Assembly: GCA_013138965.1 (NCBI GenBank)
Contig: WTBT01000022.1
Coordinates: forward strand, 7,459-71,458
Length of the DNA stretch: 64,000 nt
DNA from: Candidatus Aegiribacteria sp.
GTDB taxonomy: Bacteria; Fermentibacterota; Fermentibacteria; Fermentibacterales; JCC-6
Direction: 5' to 3'
Part shown: piece after piece, positions 55,482 through 64,000 of the stretch
Layout: each line of letters opens with the position of its first letter
Position numbering within the stretch: position 1 is the first letter of the stretch
The notes under the pieces: generated by a model
Seen by the model: only the letters and a program-made list of their open reading frames with translations
What the model was told of the DNA's origin: nothing
Databases searched by the model: none
Program-made: the position numbers and the translations under genes

Positions 55482-57692
55482 ATGAGTAAGAAGAAAATCC
55501 TTGTAATCATAGAATCACCGGCAAAGGCCAGAAGCCTTCGTGGCTATCTGGGTGACAGCTACGAGATAATAGCTTCAAACGGCCATGTCAGAGATCTTCC
55601 GAGGAACTATCTGGGAGTTGATGAGACTGACGACTTCAAACCCACCTATTCGATACTGCCGGAGAAAAGAAAAACCGTAGCCCGGCTCAAGAAGATGGCA
55701 CAAGGATACTCCAGGATATATCTCGCTGCTGACCCTGACCGCGAGGGAGAAGCTATCTGCTGGCACCTGTCGCAGATATTGGAGAGAAAAGGTGTAAATT
55801 TCAGCAGGCTCAGATTCAACGCGATAACTAAAGATACCATTCTGGGATCGCTTAAAAAACCGAGTTCCATAGACATGCGGCTCGTGGACGCTCAGCAGGC
55901 AAGACGGGTTATGGATCGGCTTGTAGGCTACAAGGTCTCATCCTGGCTCCAGAGGATAATGGGGAAGGGCAAGAGTGCCGGAAGAGTTCAATCTGTAGCT
56001 CTGAGGATGATTCAGGAGCGCGAGGATATTATCAGCAGCTTTCTGCCGGTTGAATACTGGCTGATTGACGCGAAATTTATCCAGGAGAACATTCCCTTCA
56101 CTGCTTCACTTTGCAGGATCGATGAGAAACCATCAGGAAAACCGGGGAAGAATCCAGGTTCCGAAATTGAGGCTGAACGCATCATCAAAAGGATGAAGGA
56201 GACAGCAACAAACTGGAAGATCTCGAAGGTCATTTCCAGAGAGAAATCCATTACACCTCCTCCACCGTTTATCACCAGCACACTTCAGCAGACCGCCTCA
56301 AACAGACTTGCCTTCTCCCCGTCAAGGACCATGTCGATCGCACAGCAGCTTTACGAGGGAATATCCCTGGGCAGTGCTGAAAGAACGGGACTCATCACAT
56401 ACATGCGTACTGATTCTGTCAGGATGAGCCCGGAAAGCCTGAAAAGCTGCAGGGAATACCTCGCGGATAAGTATGGCTCGGATGCGCTGCCCGCGAAAGC
56501 AAGAAGGTACAGAAGTTCAAAGGGTTCACAGGATGCCCATGAAGCCATAAGACCTGTGGATATCAGGCTCACTCCGGGGGAGCTTGAATCTATCCTGACG
56601 CCTTCTCAGTCTTCATTGTACAGGCTTATCTGGAATCGCTTCGCTGCCACCCAGCTCAATGAGGCAAAAATCAGCAATACTTCGGTAACAGTATCCGGCG
56701 CGGGGCTTGAGTTCAGCGCCATAGGGGAGATACTCCTGGAGCGTGGTTTTTCTATTATCGATCCGGCATTCATTAAGACAAAGAACCGGTTGCCTGAACT
56801 TTCGGCGGGAAAGGTTCTGCTTGAATCCTTCGATAAGGAGCAGAAATTCACATCTCCACCTCCGAGGTTCTCGGAGGCAAGACTTGTGGCGGAAATGAAG
56901 AAAGTCGGTATAGGAAGGCCATCAACATACGTAAGCACAATAAAAACACTCAGAAAAAGAGAATATGTTGAAAAGGATGGAAAAGTCCTCAAGCCTACTG
57001 AGCTTGGAACCACCAGCATACGTCTGCTGGTCAGGATGTTTCCCCACATCTTCAAGGTGGATTTCACCGCGAGAATGGAAGAACTCCTTGATTCGGTAGC
57101 AAAGGGTACTGAAACCTATTCCGACGTTTTGAAGCAGCTGAGCCTTCCGCTTGAATCCTCCCTGCAAATGGCAATGAAGAATACTGAAAATTTCAGGAAT
57201 GAACTGCAGGAGGAAACGGGAGAGACATGCCCTGAATGCGGCGCCCCTATTATCATCCGATGGGGTAGATATGGGAAATTCAAAGCCTGCACATCCTTTC
57301 CAAGATGCAGATACTCCAAACCCGTTGAGGAAGATAATTCATCAGAATACGAGGGCAGGAAATGCCCTGAATGCGGCAGCAGCCTGTTACTGAAAACCGG
57401 AAGGTATGGAAAATACCTCAGCTGCTCGAACCACCCCAAATGCAAGCATACAGAACCTGTTCCAACAGGTGTTCCATGTCCTGCTTCAGGATGCACCGGG
57501 GAACTTGTTGAGAAAAAGTCTCGCAGAGGAAGGCTTTTCTATGCCTGTAACAGATATCCTGAATGCAAATACGCCGTCTGGAACATGCCGCTTGACAGAG
57601 CCTGCCCGAGGTGCGGTTTTCCTATCCTGGTCGAGAAGAATAATAAGAAAGGTATCTGGTGTCCCGAATGCAGGAAGAAAATAGTGATCTGA
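55482..57692 (+). CDS. topA: DNA topoisomerase I with C-terminal zinc ribbons
   Basis: TOPRIM 'KKILVIIESPAKA', active site region, four 'CPECG/CPRCG' zinc ribbons. Confidence 0.95.
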   Translation: MSKKKILVIIESPAKARSLRGYLGDSYEIIASNGHVRDLPRNYLGVDETDDFKPTYSILPEKRKTVARLKKMAQGYSRIYLAADPDREGEAICWHLSQILERKGVNFSRLRFNAITKDTILGSLKKPSSIDMRLVDAQQARRVMDRLVGYKVSSWLQRIMGKGKSAGRVQSVALRMIQEREDIISSFLPVEYWLIDAKFIQENIPFTASLCRIDEKPSGKPGKNPGSEIEAERIIKRMKETATNWKISKVISREKSITPPPPFITSTLQQTASNRLAFSPSRTMSIAQQLYEGISLGSAERTGLITYMRTDSVRMSPESLKSCREYLADKYGSDALPAKARRYRSSKGSQDAHEAIRPVDIRLTPGELESILTPSQSSLYRLIWNRFAATQLNEAKISNTSVTVSGAGLEFSAIGEILLERGFSIIDPAFIKTKNRLPELSAGKVLLESFDKEQKFTSPPPRFSEARLVAEMKKVGIGRPSTYVSTIKTLRKREYVEKDGKVLKPTELGTTSIRLLVRMFPHIFKVDFTARMEELLDSVAKGTETYSDVLKQLSLPLESSLQMAMKNTENFRNELQEETGETCPECGAPIIIRWGRYGKFKACTSFPRCRYSKPVEEDNSSEYEGRKCPECGSSLLLKTGRYGKYLSCSNHPKCKHTEPVPTGVPCPASGCTGELVEKKSRRGRLFYACNRYPECKYAVWNMPLDRACPRCGFPILVEKNNKKGIWCPECRKKIVI

Positions 57693-58573
57693 TCGAGGAT
57701 TTCTGCGGAGAGCTGCTTTACGGCCGGAAATTCTCGAATAATACGGTAAGGGCCTACAAGGCCGATCTTTATAGATTTACTAACTGGCAGCATGCAGGCT
57801 GTATTCTTGATGGATTCACACTAACTGAGCTAAGAGGATTTCTTCGACATGAAGCGTCAAGGGGGCTGGATTCAAAGTCTCTGGCCCGGGAGGTATCATC
57901 GCTGAGGACATTCGGGAACTGGCTGCTTGAAACAGAAAGACTGCACGCCAATAATCCTGCGAAACTGATAGCCATGCCTAGAACACCGATCAGCCTTCCG
58001 GGATTTCTAAGTGTTTCTGAGGTTCGCCAGGTCATCGACAGTTACGATGAATCCACTGTTCTTGGCAGGCGGAACCGGGCTATAGTCGAGTTACTGTACG
58101 GAGCCGGGCTCAGAGCATCGGAAACCGCGTCGGCTACACTGAGCGGGCTGAATCTGAATACAGGAGAGATAAGGGTTATTGGCAAAGGCAAGAGAGAGAG
58201 GATCGTTCCGCTTCCTGAGCTGACCTGCAGATCGCTCCGATCATGGATTAACTGCAGAGGCGAGCTTACTGCTGATTTCGCTGATGAGCCTGAAACTGTT
58301 TTTATAAGTATCCGTGGAAGAAAGCTTGACCCCAGAGATATCCGGCGTATTGTTGCATTCGGAGTGAAAAATGCTGCACGGGCAGCGGGAGCAACGCCGC
58401 ATACTTTCCGCCACAGCTTCGCGACTCATCTCCTTGATAATGGAGCCGACCTTAGAGCTGTTCAGGAAATGCTCGGGCACGCAAGCCTTTCTACAACTCA
58501 GGTGTATACTCACCTGACGATGGAGAGATTGAGGGAAGCATACAGGAAAGCACATCCCAGGGGGGAAGAGTGA
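57668..58573 (+). CDS. xerC: tyrosine recombinase XerC/XerD family
   Basis: 'HTFRHSFATHLLDNGADLRAVQEMLGHASLSTTQVYTH' catalytic box with terminal Tyr. Confidence 0.8.
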   Translation: MQEENSDLIEDFCGELLYGRKFSNNTVRAYKADLYRFTNWQHAGCILDGFTLTELRGFLRHEASRGLDSKSLAREVSSLRTFGNWLLETERLHANNPAKLIAMPRTPISLPGFLSVSEVRQVIDSYDESTVLGRRNRAIVELLYGAGLRASETASATLSGLNLNTGEIRVIGKGKRERIVPLPELTCRSLRSWINCRGELTADFADEPETVFISIRGRKLDPRDIRRIVAFGVKNAARAAGATPHTFRHSFATHLLDNGADLRAVQEMLGHASLSTTQVYTHLTMERLREAYRKAHPRGEE

Positions 58574-61500
58574 CATACAACATTGAAGATATGAAAAGAA
58601 TAAGGATCGACAGAACCATTTCCGTGTTGGTAGGGTTTGCAGCCCTGCTGACCTATCTGGTCACACTCGCTCCCAGTGTGAGTTTCTGGGACAGCGGGGA
58701 GTACTTGACATGTTCCTGGACAGCCGGGGTCCCGCACCCTCCTGGTGTTCCACTCTTCGTCCTGCTTGGGAGATTCAGCACTATTCTCTTCTCCTTTATT
58801 CCTGCAATTGCGGTACGTGTCAATCTCCTCTGCGCTTTTGCCGGCGCATCCACACTTGCTATTCTGACCCGTCTCGTTCAGCGATGGGGGAACAGAATGG
58901 GATTCACACCCTCCTGGTACAGGCCCATGTCCGTTCTCGCGGGGCTTATCGCTGCTTTCAGTTACTCTATCTGGCGCAACAGCAATGCCACCGAGACATA
59001 CGCTACAGCGCTGCTCCTGACATTCATCATCATGTGGTCATTTGATTGCTGGATAGAGAAATACGCTGAGAAAAAACACGAGAAGGGAAAGAAAGATCAC
59101 GGCGGATGGGGAGAGGCAAGGTACCTTCTTCTCATATCTTACCTCTTGATTCTTGCAATTGGAAATCACGGCAGCGTACCCTTCGTCGCCGGCCCTCCCA
59201 TACTCCTTATGTACCTTATCTACGCTTTCAGGAAAAAGACGGATATATGGAAACGGTCATGGTTCGTTCTTACCATACTCGGTCTGGTGGTTCTGGCTTT
59301 CAGCATTCATCTATATATGCCCATCCGCGCGCTTCAGAATCCGGAGATAAACGAAACGGATGCTGAGCACTGGTCCAATTTCGAGAAGGCCTTCACGCGG
59401 GAGCAGTACGGAAGCACTTCGATACTCGACAGGAAGGGACCGTTCTTAGACCAGATGAAGCTGTACATGAAATACCTCTCCTGGCAGTCAGGCAGGGTGA
59501 ACGACGGATGGGATCGTTATCTGGGTGAGACAGCGGGTTCCGCCGCTTCAATGGTAATGAAGATAATACTTATTTTCGGAGCAATTTACGGCCTGGTGGT
59601 GCTTGGCATAAAGAGGCCCAAACTGCTTTTATATCTCGGTTTACTATTCCTGATGTCATCAATCCTCTTCATTTTCTTTATACTCAATTTCAAGACAGGG
59701 CTTGAGGGCACAACTTTGGGAGAAGTAAGGGAGAGGGACTACTTCTTCGGTGCATCTTTCGCGCTGTTCGCCGTATTCTCTGGAATAGGGCTGGTTTCCG
59801 TATTCAGGGATTTCCTTTCGGAGAGATCCGGACTGGTCTGGGTTACATTGCTGATACCTATGGCATCCTTCGGAGTTAATTTCTACAGATGTGACAGATC
59901 GGAATCACTGCTTGCTCACGATTACGGCATAAATCTCCTTGAAAGCTGCCCTGAAAACGCAGTTCTCATAACCAACGGTGACAACGATACATTTCCCCTC
60001 TGGTTCGCCCAGGGAGTGCTGGGGGTACGCAGGGATGTTATAGTAAGCAACCTGAGCCTGATGAACACGAACTGGTACGTTCAGCAGCTTGTGGATAGAG
60101 ACCCACTGCTTCTTGATTATGATGACTATGGACTTGTGGATTCACTGCGTCCAATCTACATATGGGGTCCGCACTACTTCCATCAGAACAGGAACGGGAG
60201 TGTTGAGTCATCGCCCCTTGACGGGGAGATCCTCCGCGTTACTTTCAATCAGGTATGGCCGTGGGCAATAATTGATGGTGAGATGGCCATAGCTATTCCC
60301 ACAGAAGGCCTCTCCAACCAGGGCGTGCTTACAATGCAGGATCTTGTTCTACTGAATATGATTAAGAATAAACCTGTTCATGGTCGTGAGATCTATTTCG
60401 CGGGTACTGTCGCGCCTGAAAGCCGGCGGTTTCTTGAAGATTACCAGGAGATGCAGGGCATCACATTCAGGATAACGGATCACCCGGTTGTCGATGCCGT
60501 CAACAGCGCCAGGGGCTGGCAGCTGATGGAAAGCTACAGGTTCACCGGAGTAACTGATCCCTCCATATACAAATGTGACCAGGCCGTGCAGCTACTGAAG
60601 AATTACGTTTCAGCATATCACAGGCTTGCCTATCATTACCTGGCAGCGGGAGAACCGGATAGTGTACGACTGGTTCTTGACAGGGCAGAGCAGCTTTTTT
60701 CTACACTGCCTAACGACTGGGCAGAGATAATGCCGTCCAGAGCAATGATAGTGGCTAAACTTATCGATGGTCTCTACGGGCCGAAGGCTGCCGCGGATAC
60801 TCTTCTGGTTCTTGCTGAAGAGTCGCTGGAAGCTGCGCGAAGTACGGGGAATCAGGAGCTTATGCGGCTTTCTCTTTCGATAGCCGGTATGGCCACCAGT
60901 TCGGATGATACTTTCGGGTACAGGCGGAAGATGGTCTACGGAAACTTTTTCGATACTCTTGATAATCGTTCCATACCGTTAGCTTGGTTGAAGATAGAGG
61001 TATCTCTGATGTTCTCCGATTTTATTGGAGCATGGAGCATACTGGACAGCATGGAGATAACGGAGGATCCAACTACGGTGAAGCTGGCTGAGCTGGCCCG
61101 GAATACTCTCGAGAATATTATGGAGAGCTCCAGGACAGGCTCCAGGGTGAATTATTTTGAAACCGGCTTATCTATATTCTTTGAATCCATTGATCAGAAT
61201 ATTTCCACTGATCTTGATCTGAACGAAAACGCAAACCTGGGAGATATAATCGACGATATGATCAGGCTGGCATCCAGGGGACATATCATGTCATCGATCT
61301 CAACGGGTCTTGTTCTCTCGGATTATTTTGACGATCAGGCCGAAGCCCGCATGATAGCCGAATTTGCATACAGACTGATGCGGGACAGCACTGAAGAAAC
61401 CCGTAAATGGCTGGAATGGTACGTAACTGAAAGCAACAGGGTTTCCCCGGAAGCCCTTGCATGGATGGCTGCGAAAGGCTCGAGACCCTTCCTTATGTAT

Positions 61501-61647
61501 GCCGCGCTCAGCAGAAGCAGCCTTGTTTCAGAATCGATTCTTTCCGAGATATTCTTTGATCCCGCGTTGTACGCAGGATCCGTACCTGATCCCGGTAGCG
61601 GTGCCGGCAGATACTCGTGGGTCAATTCACTTGATGGAGGACAATGA
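58570..61647 (+). CDS. DUF2723-family large membrane protein (putative GT-C glycosyltransferase) with C-terminal helical-repeat region
   Basis: 'SFWDSGEYLTCSWTAGVPHPPGVPLFVLLG' is the DUF2723 hallmark. Multiple TM helices. 1025 aa. Confidence 0.6.
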   Translation: MTYNIEDMKRIRIDRTISVLVGFAALLTYLVTLAPSVSFWDSGEYLTCSWTAGVPHPPGVPLFVLLGRFSTILFSFIPAIAVRVNLLCAFAGASTLAILTRLVQRWGNRMGFTPSWYRPMSVLAGLIAAFSYSIWRNSNATETYATALLLTFIIMWSFDCWIEKYAEKKHEKGKKDHGGWGEARYLLLISYLLILAIGNHGSVPFVAGPPILLMYLIYAFRKKTDIWKRSWFVLTILGLVVLAFSIHLYMPIRALQNPEINETDAEHWSNFEKAFTREQYGSTSILDRKGPFLDQMKLYMKYLSWQSGRVNDGWDRYLGETAGSAASMVMKIILIFGAIYGLVVLGIKRPKLLLYLGLLFLMSSILFIFFILNFKTGLEGTTLGEVRERDYFFGASFALFAVFSGIGLVSVFRDFLSERSGLVWVTLLIPMASFGVNFYRCDRSESLLAHDYGINLLESCPENAVLITNGDNDTFPLWFAQGVLGVRRDVIVSNLSLMNTNWYVQQLVDRDPLLLDYDDYGLVDSLRPIYIWGPHYFHQNRNGSVESSPLDGEILRVTFNQVWPWAIIDGEMAIAIPTEGLSNQGVLTMQDLVLLNMIKNKPVHGREIYFAGTVAPESRRFLEDYQEMQGITFRITDHPVVDAVNSARGWQLMESYRFTGVTDPSIYKCDQAVQLLKNYVSAYHRLAYHYLAAGEPDSVRLVLDRAEQLFSTLPNDWAEIMPSRAMIVAKLIDGLYGPKAAADTLLVLAEESLEAARSTGNQELMRLSLSIAGMATSSDDTFGYRRKMVYGNFFDTLDNRSIPLAWLKIEVSLMFSDFIGAWSILDSMEITEDPTTVKLAELARNTLENIMESSRTGSRVNYFETGLSIFFESIDQNISTDLDLNENANLGDIIDDMIRLASRGHIMSSISTGLVLSDYFDDQAEARMIAEFAYRLMRDSTEETRKWLEWYVTESNRVSPEALAWMAAKGSRPFLMYAALSRSSLVSESILSEIFFDPALYAGSVPDPGSGAGRYSWVNSLDGGQ

Positions 61648-62183
61648 TCGAAGATATTCACGCAACAACTGTAGTGGGGATAGTCCGTAACGGTAAGGCA
61701 GCAATGGCGGCGGATGGTCAGGTAACCCTTGGTGAAACCGTAATTAAAAACACGGCAAGAAAGATAAGAAAACTCTATTCCGGTACTGTTCTTGTTGGTT
61801 TCTCCGGTACCGGGGCCGATGCTTTTGCTCTTGTTGAAAGGCTTGAGGAGAAACTCGAGACGGCCAGAGGCAATCTTCCGAGGGCAGCTGTAGACCTGGC
61901 ACGTGAATGGAGAGCTGATAAGTACCTTAGACAGCTTCAGGCTCTTATTGCCGCCGTTGACAGAGAGCATGCCCTGCTTATTGGCGGCTCCGGCGAGATC
62001 GTTGAAGCGGAAGATGGAATTGTCGCGGTAGGTTCCGGACAACCATACGCCCTGGCAGCCGCCAGGGCTCTTGATGCCCATACGAAAATGGGACCCGCGA
62101 GAATTGCAGGTGAGAGTATTAGAATCGCATCCGGGATATGCATCTATACCGGCGGCGATATACAGGTTGAGGAACTCCTCTGA
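61644..62183 (+). CDS. hslV: ATP-dependent protease subunit HslV (CodW-like N-terminal extension ending HATT)
   Basis: 'TTVVGIVRNGKAAMAADGQVTLG...GFSGTGADAF..GSGQPYALAAARAL'. Preceded by MIEDIHA as in B. subtilis CodW (MSSFHATT). Confidence 0.9.
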   Translation: MIEDIHATTVVGIVRNGKAAMAADGQVTLGETVIKNTARKIRKLYSGTVLVGFSGTGADAFALVERLEEKLETARGNLPRAAVDLAREWRADKYLRQLQALIAAVDREHALLIGGSGEIVEAEDGIVAVGSGQPYALAAARALDAHTKMGPARIAGESIRIASGICIYTGGDIQVEELL

Positions 62184-63496
62184 TGGAAAGAGATCTAACA
62201 CCGTCTCAGATCGTGCAATGGCTTGATCGCCATGTAATTGGCCAGGACAACGCAAAACGTGCTGTTGCAATAGCCCTTCGAAATCGCTACAGAAGAAGGA
62301 AAGCATCCTTCGATATGAGGTCGGAGATATATCCCAGCAATCTTATAATGATGGGACCTACAGGCATAGGTAAAACAGAGATCGCCAGAAGGCTTGCCAA
62401 TCTTACAGGCGCTCCATTTGTAAAAGTAGAAGCAACCAAGTATACGGAAACCGGTTACGTCGGCAGAGATGTTGAATCAATGGTCAGATCTCTTGTCCGT
62501 CATGCGGTGAACATCGAGGCGGAAATAGCAGCTAAAGAACGTGAAGGACAGCTCAAAGACGCTGTAAACAACAAACTGGCTGAAGCGCTGAGGAAAACCG
62601 GTTGCGATTCGATGACCAGCAGTGAGATAATTCGAATGATTGATAAGGGACTCCTTGATGATACTGAAATTGAACTTATCCTCCCTGAGCATATGGCGCA
62701 TATGGAGATACTGCCACTTATGCCTGGAGGTGGTTTCGACAATCCGGCCGGGGAGAACCTGAAAAAGCTCATGCAGAAAATGGTTGGCAGCAGGCGGAAA
62801 AGAAAGAAGCTAACCGTTAAAGAGGCAAGGGAGCGGCTCCAGGAAGAAGAAATGAGAAGGCTTCTGGAGAACAGTGATCATATTTCAAGAGGCCTCTGGC
62901 TTGCTCAGGAGGAAGGTATAATCTTCATTGATGAGATCGATAAGATCATTGGCGGCAGCGAAAGCAAGGGGCCTGAGGTTTCCAGAATGGGGGTTCAGAG
63001 GGATCTGCTTCCTATTGTTGAAGGCTGTACGGTTCAGACCAGGTACGGTCCGGTCAATACAGATCATATACTGTTTATCGCCGCAGGAGCATTTCATGGA
63101 TCCAGCCCTTCAGATCTGATACCTGAACTTCAGGGACGTTTCCCGATGAGGGTTGAACTTGATTCCCTTTCTGAACAGGACCTGTTCCGGGTACTTACAG
63201 AACCGGAAAATTCCCTTCTCAAACAGTATTCAGCTTTACTGGAAGCAGACGGTGTTAAACTAAAACTGTACAGAAAGGCGGCACTCGAAGTTGCAAGAGT
63301 CGCAAACTATCTTAACGAAGAAACAGAAGATATAGGGGCAAGAAGACTCAGGCCGGTATTGAGTTATCTTCTGGATGAACAGCTATTTGGAGCACCTGAC
63401 CTTGTCCGGGGTGATGTGAATATTACAGGTGTCAAGGCTTCAGCAATACTGCTTGACCTTGCTGATCGTAGAGAAGATGGTAATTATATCCTTTAA
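62183..63496 (+). CDS. hslU: ATP-dependent protease ATPase subunit HslU
   Basis: 'TPSQIVQWLDRHVIGQDNAKRAVAIALRNRYRR', Walker A 'GPTGIGKTEIARRLA'. Confidence 0.95.
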   Translation: MERDLTPSQIVQWLDRHVIGQDNAKRAVAIALRNRYRRRKASFDMRSEIYPSNLIMMGPTGIGKTEIARRLANLTGAPFVKVEATKYTETGYVGRDVESMVRSLVRHAVNIEAEIAAKEREGQLKDAVNNKLAEALRKTGCDSMTSSEIIRMIDKGLLDDTEIELILPEHMAHMEILPLMPGGGFDNPAGENLKKLMQKMVGSRRKRKKLTVKEARERLQEEEMRRLLENSDHISRGLWLAQEEGIIFIDEIDKIIGGSESKGPEVSRMGVQRDLLPIVEGCTVQTRYGPVNTDHILFIAAGAFHGSSPSDLIPELQGRFPMRVELDSLSEQDLFRVLTEPENSLLKQYSALLEADGVKLKLYRKAALEVARVANYLNEETEDIGARRLRPVLSYLLDEQLFGAPDLVRGDVNITGVKASAILLDLADRREDGNYIL

Positions 63497-63529
63497 GTCA
63501 ATTAGAAAAACATCTGAAACGGAGATAAA

Positions 63530-64000
63530 TGCATCGATCTGTAAATGAGGTAGCCTACAAAATTGTATACTACGGCCCCGGGCTTTCAGGAAAAACCACT
63601 AATTTGAGAAGGATCAGAGACATAATTGGTCCTGAACACCGTGGAAGGCTCGTAACGCTCTGCACCAGAGGCGAAAGAACCGTATTTTTCGATTTTCTCC
63701 CGATTAATTTCGCCTCTATCGGAAATGACAGGGTAAGGCTGCATCTCTATTCAGTACCCGGACAGGCCTATTACTCCCTTAGCAGAAGGGTAATTCTCGA
63801 CGGCGTTGATGGTATTGTTTTCGTGGCGGACAGCCAGACAGAACGTATGGATGCGAGTGTGGACAGTATTGAAGATCTCGAGAGCAATCTTGAATCCTAC
63901 GGGCTTGAGCTTTCCGCGATCCCGACCGTACTTCAGTTCAACAAGCGCGATCTCCCTTCAATCGCATCGACTGTGCAAATGGAGAAGCTTCTCAATCGCT
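63530..64000 (+). CDS. second MglA-like small GTPase (3'-partial at window edge)
   Basis: 'YKIVYYGPGLSGKTTNL', 'TVFFDFLP', 'RLHLYSVPGQ', 'FVADSQ', 'NKRDLP'. Not in the ORF track because there is no stop codon before the window end. Confidence 0.8.

Noticed and set aside
61335-62306. 323-aa ORF on the minus strand
   Set aside because: Lies antisense to hslV/hslU, which have unambiguous homology. Low-complexity composition, so a spurious shadow ORF.

Overview
This 64-kb window is bacterial chromosome with about 58 protein-coding genes and no rRNA, tRNA, CRISPR array or recognisable transposase. Several secreted proteins carry a C-terminal Por_Secre_tail-type domain, the sorting signal of the type IX secretion system (T9SS), so by inference the source is an uncultivated lineage from a T9SS-bearing phylum.

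Gene content in order:
- 1-21 kb (mixed strands): T9SS cargo and envelope genes. These are a carboxypeptidase-regulatory-like protein, an FG-GAP repeat protein, a C25 gingipain-like protease, an FN3/YVTN beta-propeller lipoprotein and an S8 subtilase. Then come two paralogous secreted proteins sharing a C-terminal motif, and an ECF sigma / zf-HC2 anti-sigma / HtrA-like pseudo-protease module.
- 21.4-64 kb: a co-directional plus-strand array with frequent ATGA start/stop overlaps. It contains msbA-like ABC exporter, GT9 heptosyltransferase, mutS, a large glycosyltransferase cluster (GT2, GT4, polytopic GT-C-like membrane proteins), a histidine kinase and sigma54 NtrC-type regulator, archaeal-type gatE-gatD, hpf-hprK-ptsH-ptsI, a sugar nucleotidyltransferase, two more GT4 genes, a Gx transporter, tatA, mglA, an L7/L12-CTD-like zinc-ribbon membrane protein, topA, xerC-like recombinase, a DUF2723 giant membrane protein, hslV-hslU and a second partial mglA.

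Most notable observations:
- Archaeal-type GatDE in a bacterial context, with gatD in frame with gatE across a single TGA and no canonical start.
- A ~1.5-kb AT-rich, opposite-strand insertion encoding two zinc-ribbon proteins, flanked by a duplicated GT4 gene junction.
- A recurring pattern of genes whose conserved N-termini lie upstream of the first ATG/GTG/TTG (candidate ATT/ATA/CTG starts).
- A 100-bp nested palindrome in a divergent promoter region.
- A G10 tract at the CTD junction of the C25 protease gene.
- An mglA - L7/L12-CTD-like membrane protein operon.
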